In this document: positions 46,804 to 53,366 of the stretch, piece by piece
Layout of the letters: the number at the start of each line of letters is the position of its first letter
Numbering within the stretch: position 1 is the first letter of the stretch
Virus record (IMG/VR): IMGVR_UViG_3300025621_001498
Coordinates: 1-53,366 of that record
Length of the DNA stretch: 53,366 bases
Strand: one strand, 5' to 3'
From: a virus
Taxonomy: Duplodnaviria; Caudoviricetes
Notes under the pieces: generated by a model
Seen by the model: only the letters and a program-made list of their open reading frames with translations
Databases searched by the model: none
Told to the model about the DNA's origin: nothing
Translations under genes and position numbers: made by a program

Positions 46804-47421
46804 ATGCAAGCAGCACAACAGCAGGCCCCTGCGGTAACCATTCCCGAAATCGGCGCACCCTACGGTGGCGGCTTCTTCTCGGGCATCACTGTGCAGGATG
46901 GCAAGCACTACCTGAACATCACCGCCGGCCGTGAGCATGAGCTGGAAGGTGAATGGGGCAATTACGGCGTGAAGATCGAAGGGGCGGACAGCTTCACCGA
47001 CAGCCGCGCCAATACCGAGGCCATGGCCGCAGCCGGTAGCGTACTGGCGCAGCAGGTGCTGGCACTGGATATCGGCGGCTTCACTGACTGGGCGATCCCG
47101 GCCCGCGACGTGCAGGAGCTGCAGTACCGCCACTTCAAGCCAACCGGCCAGCAGAACTACTGCTGGAACCGTGACGGCGACAACCCCAACAGCCTGCCGG
47201 TAGGCAACCTGTACACCGAAGAGTCGCCGGCACAGACCGCGCTGGAGGCCTTCAAGCATGGCGGCGCTGATGCCTTCCAGGGGCGCTGGTACTGGAGCAG
47301 CTCGCAGCGCTCCGCCTACGACGCTTTCTACGTGAACTTCGATGATGGCTATCAGGGCATCACCGCCAAGTACATCGAGTGTCTCGTCCGCCCCGTCCGC
47401 AGCGAGTTGCTCATTGATTAA
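46804..47421 (+). CDS. DGR target 2, C-type-lectin-like (DUF1566-like)
   Basis: DWAIPARD, WYWSSS, C-terminal VR; paralogue of target 1. Confidence 0.9.
   Translation: MQAAQQQAPAVTIPEIGAPYGGGFFSGITVQDGKHYLNITAGREHELEGEWGNYGVKIEGADSFTDSRANTEAMAAAGSVLAQQVLALDIGGFTDWAIPARDVQELQYRHFKPTGQQNYCWNRDGDNPNSLPVGNLYTEESPAQTALEAFKHGGADAFQGRWYWSSSQRSAYDAFYVNFDDGYQGITAKYIECLVRPVRSELLID
47302..47402 (+). repeat. Variable repeat VR2
   Basis: 97/101 identical to TR; mismatches 47363 and 47375 at TR adenines, 47320-21 at TR CT. Confidence 0.95.
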
Positions 47422-47435
47422 TTCGTTCATTTAAT

Positions 47436-47453
47436 CCGGCCGCTTGCGGCCGG
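47436..47453. other. Hairpin downstream of VR2
   Basis: CCGGCCG-CTTG-CGGCCGG. Confidence 0.7.
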
Positions 47454-47473
47454 TGCTTTATGGAAGCCAGCCG

Positions 47474-47830
47474 ATGGCAATGCATACGGATCTGCCGATA
47501 CACAAACTCGCCTTTGATCTGCTCAGTCTTGCCACCGATATCACGCGGAACATTCCGCGCGACTTGAAGGCCGGGCTTGGCGCGAAGGTTCGCGATGAAT
47601 GCATAGAGGTCATGGTGCTGATTGCCAGGGCCAATGCCGCGCGAGACAAGCAGCCGCACCTGGGCTCACTGGTTGAGCGCATCCAGGTGGTTGAGTTCCT
47701 GCTCAGGCTGTTCAAGGAAAAGCGCTTTATCAGCGTTCCGCAGCATGCGGCGGCCATTGAGTTGACCGCCTCCATCGGCAAACAGGCCAATGCCTGGAAA
47801 CGCTACACCGCAACCGCGCCCGCTACTTGA
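47474..47830 (+). CDS. avd: Accessory variability determinant (four-helix bundle)
   Basis: LPIHK.A.DL, IPRDLK..LG, IGKQANAWK; located between targets and TR. Confidence 0.88.
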   Translation: MAMHTDLPIHKLAFDLLSLATDITRNIPRDLKAGLGAKVRDECIEVMVLIARANAARDKQPHLGSLVERIQVVEFLLRLFKEKRFISVPQHAAAIELTASIGKQANAWKRYTATAPAT

Positions 47831-48001
47831 TCGTCACGGCGATCAGGTCTGTGCGATTTGAATCTGGTCGTGCCGCTGGCCAATTGGCCACCGCCATGCG
47901 CATACGAGATACCGCCGGTCTAAAGCGGCCGCGTAGGTCTCGCGCAGTTACCGGGCTGATCGGCTTTGCCTTCGGCTCGGCGACGTAGATAGCACGACAG
48001 G

Positions 48002-48103
48002 TCGCAGCGCTCCGCCTACCTCGCTTTCTACGTGAACTTCGATGATGGCTATCAGGGCATCAACGCCAAGTACAACGAGTGTCTCGTCCGCCCCGTCCGC
48101 AGA
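48002..48103 (+). repeat. Template repeat TR
   Basis: Repeat copy between avd and RT; holds A at three VR-variable positions. Confidence 0.92.
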
Positions 48104-49202
48104 TTCGACTGTTGCACCCTACCCGTTCCGCGACCTGGTCCAGGCCTACTACGACTGCCGGCGCTCCAAGCGCAACAGCGCCAGCGCGCTGGCATTCGAG
48201 GCAGACCTAGAGCGGAACCTCACCAAGCTGCACAGCGACCTGACTGCCGGCACCTACCGGCCAGGCCGCTCCATCTGCTTCGTGGTTACCAGGCCCAAGG
48301 CCAGGGAGGTATGGGCGGCGGACTTCCGAGACCGCATCGTCCACCACCTGCTGTACAACCATGTGGCACCGCGCTTCTACGCCAGCTTCATAGCGGACAG
48401 TTGCGCCTGCATACCCGGGCGCGGCACGTTGTACGCCGCTGAGCGCCTGGAATCGAAGATCCGCAGCATCAGCCAGAACTGGGCGAAGCCGGTCTTCTAC
48501 CTCAAGTGCGACCTAGCCAACTTCTTTGTCGCCATCGACAAGCAGGTGCTGCGCCAGCAGTTGGCAGCGCGCATCACTGAGCCCTGGTGGCAAGCACTGG
48601 CCGAACAGATACTGATGCACGACCCGCGCACCGACTACGAGGTGCGCAGCCCCAACCACCTGTTCAACCGGGTGCCGCAGCACAAGCGCCTGACTGCTCA
48701 GCCTGCGCGGCTGGGTTTGCCGATCGGCAACCTGTCTTCGCAGTTCTTCGCCAACGTGCACCTGGATTCCCTGGACCAGTTCGTAAAACACCGCCTGCGC
48801 TGCAAGCACTACGTGCGCTACGTCGACGACTTCGTGCTGCTGCATGAGTCGCCGCAACAGCTGAACGCCTGGCTGGCCCAGATAGAGGCGTTCCTGCCCT
48901 CGCTGGGCGCGAGGCTCAACCCGACCAAGACCATCCTGCAGCCAGTTGCCCGCGGCGTGGACTTCGTTGGTCACGTCATCAAGCCCTGGCGGCGTACCAC
49001 CCGGAAGCGCTCAGTGGCCCAGGCCATCAAGCGCACCGCCGCAGCACCAGCAGAAGACCTGCGCGAAACCGCCAACAGCTACTTCGGCCTGCTCAGCCAG
49101 GCCAGCCACAGCCAGAAAGACCGCGCCGCCCTGGCGCGCCTGATCCTAAAGCGCGGCCATGCAGTGAATGGTGCGCTGACTAAAACCTATCCGAAGAGGT
49201 GA
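48042..49202 (+). CDS. DGR reverse transcriptase
   Basis: FRDRIVHH, LKCDLANFF, GLPIGNLSSQ, YVRYVDDF, GVDFVG; no maturase or endonuclease tail. Confidence 0.95.
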   Translation: MMAIRASTPSTTSVSSAPSADSTVAPYPFRDLVQAYYDCRRSKRNSASALAFEADLERNLTKLHSDLTAGTYRPGRSICFVVTRPKAREVWAADFRDRIVHHLLYNHVAPRFYASFIADSCACIPGRGTLYAAERLESKIRSISQNWAKPVFYLKCDLANFFVAIDKQVLRQQLAARITEPWWQALAEQILMHDPRTDYEVRSPNHLFNRVPQHKRLTAQPARLGLPIGNLSSQFFANVHLDSLDQFVKHRLRCKHYVRYVDDFVLLHESPQQLNAWLAQIEAFLPSLGARLNPTKTILQPVARGVDFVGHVIKPWRRTTRKRSVAQAIKRTAAAPAEDLRETANSYFGLLSQASHSQKDRAALARLILKRGHAVNGALTKTYPKR

Positions 49203-49205
49203 ATC

Positions 49206-49646
49206 ATGCCCGCCGAAAACAAACTATCGCAAAAGCGCCAGCGCGCTGAGCACGTAAACCAGGCCATCAAGATTATTGCCGACCACGGCCGGCGCTTCTT
49301 CTACAGCCAGGCCAGTGGCCGCTATGCCTCAGTCGAAGTCGACGCGCGTGGCAAGGTCTGGTGGATCGATGACTACAGTGGCAAGCGCATCTACACCCAC
49401 CCGACAACCTGGGGCTCCAGGTGGCGGGGCTTCACCCACGGCGGCACGTTGCGCGATCTAGTCGAGGCCTTTCGCGACTACATCTGCACCGGCGAGCAGC
49501 TGAGTCCCTTCTACCTCGGCCCTGAGCGACACCGCATCACAGACGGGAATATTTGGGGCTACGCGACAGATGCCATGACTGCAGTTCGCGAGCAGGCCGG
49601 AGCCTTACCAGTGTTCCGCCAGCCGCAGCAGCAGGCCGCGGCATGA
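49206..49646 (+). CDS. Conserved hypothetical phage protein
   Basis: GRRFF, WRGFTHGGTL, NIWGY; GAGGT SD. Confidence 0.75.
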   Translation: MPAENKLSQKRQRAEHVNQAIKIIADHGRRFFYSQASGRYASVEVDARGKVWWIDDYSGKRIYTHPTTWGSRWRGFTHGGTLRDLVEAFRDYICTGEQLSPFYLGPERHRITDGNIWGYATDAMTAVREQAGALPVFRQPQQQAAA

Positions 49647-49732
49647 CCCCAACCACCTTCTGCCGCACCTGGCGCAAGCCGGCCGAAGAATGCCGCTGCT
49701 TGCGGTGCACGCCCATCACGCCGGAGTAACCC

Positions 49733-49906
49733 ATGAAGCACCTGATAAACGTCCTGATCGTGATCGGGCTGACGCTGATGTGCATCCGTGTCGGCACCGA
49801 CCTGACTGGCCTGAGCGACCAGACATACAGCTTCACGACCGATGACCTGCTCTGTGTCGTAAACATCGAGCGCGGCCTGGCTTCCATGTCCTGCCTCAAG
49901 GAGTAA
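49733..49906 (+). CDS. Small membrane/secreted protein
   Basis: Own translation MKHLINVLIVIGLTLMC..., 57 aa; GGAG SD. Confidence 0.55.
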   Translation: MKHLINVLIVIGLTLMCIRVGTDLTGLSDQTYSFTTDDLLCVVNIERGLASMSCLKE

Positions 49907-49909
49907 CCC

Positions 49910-50233
49910 ATGCGCCGCATCTACCTTGCCGGGCCAATGACCGGCATTCCCGAGTTCAACTACCCAGCCTTCAACGCAGAAGCAGCCAGGCTGCGGGCGC
50001 TGGGTTACCACGTCGAGAACCCAGCCGAGAACCCGGCGCCAGAGTGCGGCACCTGGGAGGCATATCTGCGAATCGCCCTGCGCCAGATGCTCACCTGCGA
50101 AGTCGTTGCCCTGCTGCCTGGCTGGATTGATAGCCGCGGCGCCACGCTTGAGCGCTACACGGCGCAGCAGGTTGGCATCGCCATCATCAACGCATCAGCC
50201 ATTCAGGAGGCATTGCAATGTCAGGCTGCATGA
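49910..50233 (+). CDS. DUF4406 nucleoside deoxyribosyltransferase-like protein
   Basis: RIYLAGPMTG, NPAE, LPGW..SRGATLE. Confidence 0.85.
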   Translation: MRRIYLAGPMTGIPEFNYPAFNAEAARLRALGYHVENPAENPAPECGTWEAYLRIALRQMLTCEVVALLPGWIDSRGATLERYTAQQVGIAIINASAIQEALQCQAA

Positions 50234-50421
50234 CCGACAGCGCCCAAGTGCAGCGCATCAACCGACAGCTTGAACGCTGGCTGCACAAACCCAGCGGCCG
50301 GCGAGGCTGCGTGATCTTCGAAGTAGCCGGAACCTGCGAATTGCAGGGCATAGACGGCCGCAGCTTCTACGCCAAGCGGGAAGACCTCAACAACACCGAA
50401 ACCTGGGAGCGACTGCCATGA
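50218..50421 (+). CDS. Hypothetical protein
   Basis: Coupled ORF, GGAGG SD. Confidence 0.55.
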   Translation: MSGCMTDSAQVQRINRQLERWLHKPSGRRGCVIFEVAGTCELQGIDGRSFYAKREDLNNTETWERLP

Positions 50422-50627
50422 ACTTGAAGAAGCAGATCGAGTTGCCAATGAGCTGCGGGGTTGATGGCCGGACATGGCACCTCTTCACGTTCGACTTCAC
50501 AACCCCGGACGGCACGTTCAGCAGCTACCTGTACGCGATTTCAAGCGAGCACGCGGCTGCGCTTATCGCCGACATGAAAGAAACCGCCCAGCTGAGCGGG
50601 CAAATGGTGGGAGTTGTGCAGCCATGA
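50418..50627 (+). CDS. Hypothetical protein
   Basis: ATGA-coupled ORF. Confidence 0.6.
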   Translation: MNLKKQIELPMSCGVDGRTWHLFTFDFTTPDGTFSSYLYAISSEHAAALIADMKETAQLSGQMVGVVQP

Positions 50628-50902
50628 GCCTGTTTCAGTGCTACGAATGCGGTTGCCGGGAGAACACAGCGACCTGCAATTTTTGGTCGCGTGTTGAGGG
50701 TGACTGGCGAGGCGTAGAGCCTCAGCCTTGGGCTCTCTGCTCTGCGTGCGACCCGGATATTGGAAGCTGGCACGACAAGTTCCCGAGGCTGTTCCTGCCG
50801 AAAGGAATGTTCATCACCAATCAGCGCGGCAACCTTGCTCACAAGGAAACGGGCGACGAGAACACCGCCGCTTATGCAATCAACCAGCAGCGGAGTACAT
50901 AA
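50624..50902 (+). CDS. Zinc-finger hypothetical protein
   Basis: CYECGC, CSAC. Confidence 0.65.
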   Translation: MSLFQCYECGCRENTATCNFWSRVEGDWRGVEPQPWALCSACDPDIGSWHDKFPRLFLPKGMFITNQRGNLAHKETGDENTAAYAINQQRST

Positions 50903-50904
50903 CG

Positions 50905-51606
50905 ATGGCCGAAGAACTGAAAGCGTGCGCCGAATGCGGAGCGCCGGAAGGATACGTGAGCGGCGAGCGGTTCATGGCTGAGCATGAGCGGGTGCGCGAG
51001 CTGCGAGCTGAAATAGCAGCGCTGCGCGCCAAGGCCAGCCAAGTGGGCGAGGCTGTTGCGGAGTATCAGCAGCTATCGCGATACGGGAACTGGGACAGGA
51101 TAGACAAGGTTGACTTTGACCTTGGCATACTGGGCAGCTGCCCGGAGAAATTCAGGGCGCTCTACACCCACCCAGCCGACCAAGTGGCAGAGCCGGTACT
51201 TGAGCGTCCAGCCAAGGTAGGCGCCGGTACTTTCTCCGCTGGCCTACCGCAGCGAATGGTGGTCGAGGCGGCGTACCGCCAATACGAGTACGCGCAAGAC
51301 CCGCCGTTCAGTGACGAGAATATCAAGTCGCTAGTCCAGGCTTTCACGCAAGGAAATCCACAGGTCGTTGCGCCAGACAATTTTCGTGAGCCCGCGCAAA
51401 TGGTCGACCCTGAACTGGTCGAGTTGCTGCGCGGCCTGGTCGAGATTGTCGGGCGCAAGAACCGTGGCCGCTCCGGCTCGCCGAATCACGGCCACTCAAT
51501 CCCGGGCATATGGGATAGCGACAACGGCGACCTGGCTGGCAAGCCCTGCGCAGAGTGCGCCCTGTACGACCTGGCTGTCGCAAGAATCGCAGCACTCCAA
51601 CCCTAA
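50905..51606 (+). CDS. Mosaic hypothetical phage protein
   Basis: EELKACAECG, ALYTHP; GGAG SD. Confidence 0.6.
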   Translation: MAEELKACAECGAPEGYVSGERFMAEHERVRELRAEIAALRAKASQVGEAVAEYQQLSRYGNWDRIDKVDFDLGILGSCPEKFRALYTHPADQVAEPVLERPAKVGAGTFSAGLPQRMVVEAAYRQYEYAQDPPFSDENIKSLVQAFTQGNPQVVAPDNFREPAQMVDPELVELLRGLVEIVGRKNRGRSGSPNHGHSIPGIWDSDNGDLAGKPCAECALYDLAVARIAALQP

Positions 51607-51660
51607 CCCCGATCAAACCCCAATCAACTGTGCCGGCCATGCCGGTGGAGAGGTATTGCC

Positions 51661-52020
51661 ATGCCTGATTTTCAAGCTGTCAGCACACGCACGGCCAAAA
51701 AGCAGCATGTGTGCTGCGAATGCCGTGGCCATATCCAGCCTGGCCAGGAATATCAGCTCACATCAGGAAGCTGGGAAGGCTCCATGGATTCGTTCAAGAC
51801 CTGCCTTGGCTGTGCGGATGCTCGCGATTGGGCAACTGCTCAGCCTGAGTGGGCCGGCGACGGCGAATGTCTCTTCTACTTCGGCATGCTGGAAGAAGAC
51901 CTGGCCAACCTGGCACCGGAAATCATCACCACCGATGGCCGGCGCTTCCACACATACCGCCTGCAGGCGCAGATGGCTAACCGTCGCAACGCCCACACCA
52001 GCCAGAGCAAAGCAGCCTAA
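51661..52020 (+). CDS. Zinc-finger hypothetical protein
   Basis: HVCCEC..IQPGQEY..KTCLGC. Confidence 0.7.
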   Translation: MPDFQAVSTRTAKKQHVCCECRGHIQPGQEYQLTSGSWEGSMDSFKTCLGCADARDWATAQPEWAGDGECLFYFGMLEEDLANLAPEIITTDGRRFHTYRLQAQMANRRNAHTSQSKAA

Positions 52021-52061
52021 CCCCTTCCCACCCTCCCCGGCATAGGGGTAGAGAGGTATCC

Positions 52062-52316
52062 ATGAGCGCAGCAGAGCAAATCGGTCACCAGACCGAAACC
52101 CTGGAAGACGACGAGCTGGTTGCGATCACCGGCTATCGTCTACCCTCCAAACAAATCGCCTGGCTCAAGCTGAAAGGCTGGGAGTTCGTCACCAGCGGGG
52201 CCAATCGCCCTGTTGTTGGCCGGGTATACGCCCGCCTCAAGCTGGCCGGCGTGAAACCATCAACCACAAACGCAGTGGCCGAGCCCTGGTCGCTGGACTT
52301 GTCTCGCGTGGGGTAA
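52062..52316 (+). CDS. Excisionase-like protein (DUF4224)
   Basis: ELVAITGY...QIAWL; directly before integrase. Confidence 0.8.
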   Translation: MSAAEQIGHQTETLEDDELVAITGYRLPSKQIAWLKLKGWEFVTSGANRPVVGRVYARLKLAGVKPSTTNAVAEPWSLDLSRVG

Positions 52317-52319
52317 AGC

Positions 52320-53366
52320 ATGCGCCCGAAGAAACCCGCTAACCGCGACCTGCCGCCACGGATGATCCGGCGGGTGCGCAAGCTGAAGTCAGGCGAGGAA
52401 TGGATCGGCTACTACTACGCCGGGCGGGATGATGCAGGGAAGCGAAAGGAGATACCGCTGGGGACTGACGCCGATGAGGCGCGGGTGAAGTGGGCGCAGC
52501 TGGAGCGCAAGCAGGTGCCGCTGGCAGCCAAGACAGTTGGCGATCTGCTGCGGCGTTATGACAGGGACGTGATCCCAGGTAAGGGCGTGAAGACGCAGAA
52601 CGATAACCGCAAGTGCCTGACGCAGCTGTACAAGGCGTTCGACAGTGCGCCGATGGATGCCATCACCCCGCAGATTATCGCCCAGTACCGCGATGCCAGG
52701 ACGGCACCAGTGCGGGCAAACCGGGAGATTGCCCTGCTCTCCCATGCGTTCAACATGGCCAGGGAATGGGGCATCTACAACAAAGAGAACCCCACGCGGG
52801 GCGTCAGGCGCAACAAGGAAGAGCCGCGCGACGTGTATGTCACCGACGAGGTTTGGCAGGCGCTATACCTCGAGGCACCGAAAGACCTGCGCCTGGCCAT
52901 GGATATTGCCTATCTCACCGGGCAGCGGCCGGCGGACGTGCGCAAGATGCGCTGGGCTGACGTAGGCGATGATTTCTTAATGGTGGGCCAGGGCAAGACC
53001 TCGACCAAGCTGCGCATCCGGCTGCACATCGATGGGCTACGCACAGGCCTTGGTCGCCTGCTCGATCAACTCGACCGCAACCGACCGCACCTGATCACCA
53101 ACGAGAACGGCGCCCAATTGACGGAGAACATGCTGCGGCTTCGGTTTGAGCCGGCGAGGAAACGGGCTGCTGCCAAGGCGATGGCCAACAAAGACCCCGA
53201 CCTGGCAGCGGCCATCATGCAGTTCCAGTTCCGCGACATTCGCCCCAAGGCGGCATCGGAAATTGTGAGCCTGGAAGATGCCTCTGACCTACTTGGCCAC
53301 ACCACTCAGGGCATGACCCAGCGCGTATACCGCCGTGTTGGGAAGGTGGTAAACCCGGTCAAATAG
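52320..53366 (+). CDS. int: Tyrosine integrase
   Basis: TGQRPADV, QGKT, FRDIRPK, LLGH, RVY catalytic residues. Confidence 0.95.
   Translation: MRPKKPANRDLPPRMIRRVRKLKSGEEWIGYYYAGRDDAGKRKEIPLGTDADEARVKWAQLERKQVPLAAKTVGDLLRRYDRDVIPGKGVKTQNDNRKCLTQLYKAFDSAPMDAITPQIIAQYRDARTAPVRANREIALLSHAFNMAREWGIYNKENPTRGVRRNKEEPRDVYVTDEVWQALYLEAPKDLRLAMDIAYLTGQRPADVRKMRWADVGDDFLMVGQGKTSTKLRIRLHIDGLRTGLGRLLDQLDRNRPHLITNENGAQLTENMLRLRFEPARKRAAAKAMANKDPDLAAAIMQFQFRDIRPKAASEIVSLEDASDLLGHTTQGMTQRVYRRVGKVVNPVK

Larger units (their letters stand above)
46096..49202 (+). mobile_element. Diversity-generating retroelement: target1-target2-avd-TR-RT
   Basis: Three about 102-bp near-identical repeats, Avd-like gene, RT with DGR signature. 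Confidence 0.95.
1..53366. mobile_element. Temperate siphovirus prophage (lambdoid, HK97-type head), probably Pseudomonas host
   Basis: Ordered lysis, tail, head, terminase, replication, immunity, recombination, xis and integrase modules; divergent cI/cro switch. Confidence 0.97.

Noticed and set aside
46600-48103. Three repeats as a CRISPR array or simple duplication
   Set aside because: About 102 bp long, two are gene 3' ends, spacing is gene-sized, and there are no cas genes
48032-48442. 136-aa ORF starting in TR as a third target
   Set aside because: It is only the TR frame running out of frame into RT, and lacks the upstream lectin domain
48042-49202. RT as group II intron, retron or Abi RT
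   Set aside because: The GNLSSQ signature, adjacent avd and TR/VR repeats fit a DGR; no maturase/endonuclease domain or retron VTG motif
1-53366. att sites, IS elements, rRNA
   Set aside because: The window begins and ends at stop codons with no flanking DNA; no transposase or rRNA-like sequence seen

Overview
The window is essentially one whole temperate siphovirus prophage, Pseudomonas-like and lambdoid with an HK97-type head. It runs from the spanin genes to the integrase, and the att sites lie outside it. The minus strand (1-34.4 kb) carries spanins and endolysin, tail, head, terminase, holin, a Q-like gene, nin-like genes, DnaB/O replication, cII and cro. The plus strand (34.5-53.4 kb) carries cI, a lipoprotein, a HigBA-like toxin-antitoxin pair and the pL early operon (Sak4/Exo/SSB recombination, accessory ORFs, xis, int). 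Four things stand out. (1) A complete diversity-generating retroelement (avd, TR, RT) targets two paralogous early-region C-type-lectin-like (DUF1566-like) genes rather than a tail fibre. Its TR looks already mutagenised and also encodes the RT start. (2) A putative virion glycosylation/methylation cassette sits directly behind the major capsid gene. Its first enzyme lacks a start codon for its conserved N-terminus and appears to be made by a programmed -1 frameshift (C CCA AAG) from a small capsid-adjacent protein. (3) An RsmN/RsmF-like CsrA paralogue is encoded antisense next to the lysis genes. (4) An HTH gene is interrupted by a G9 tract, and the pL leader contains structured non-coding elements. 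All protein calls come from motif recognition and gene order by eye; no database searches were run.
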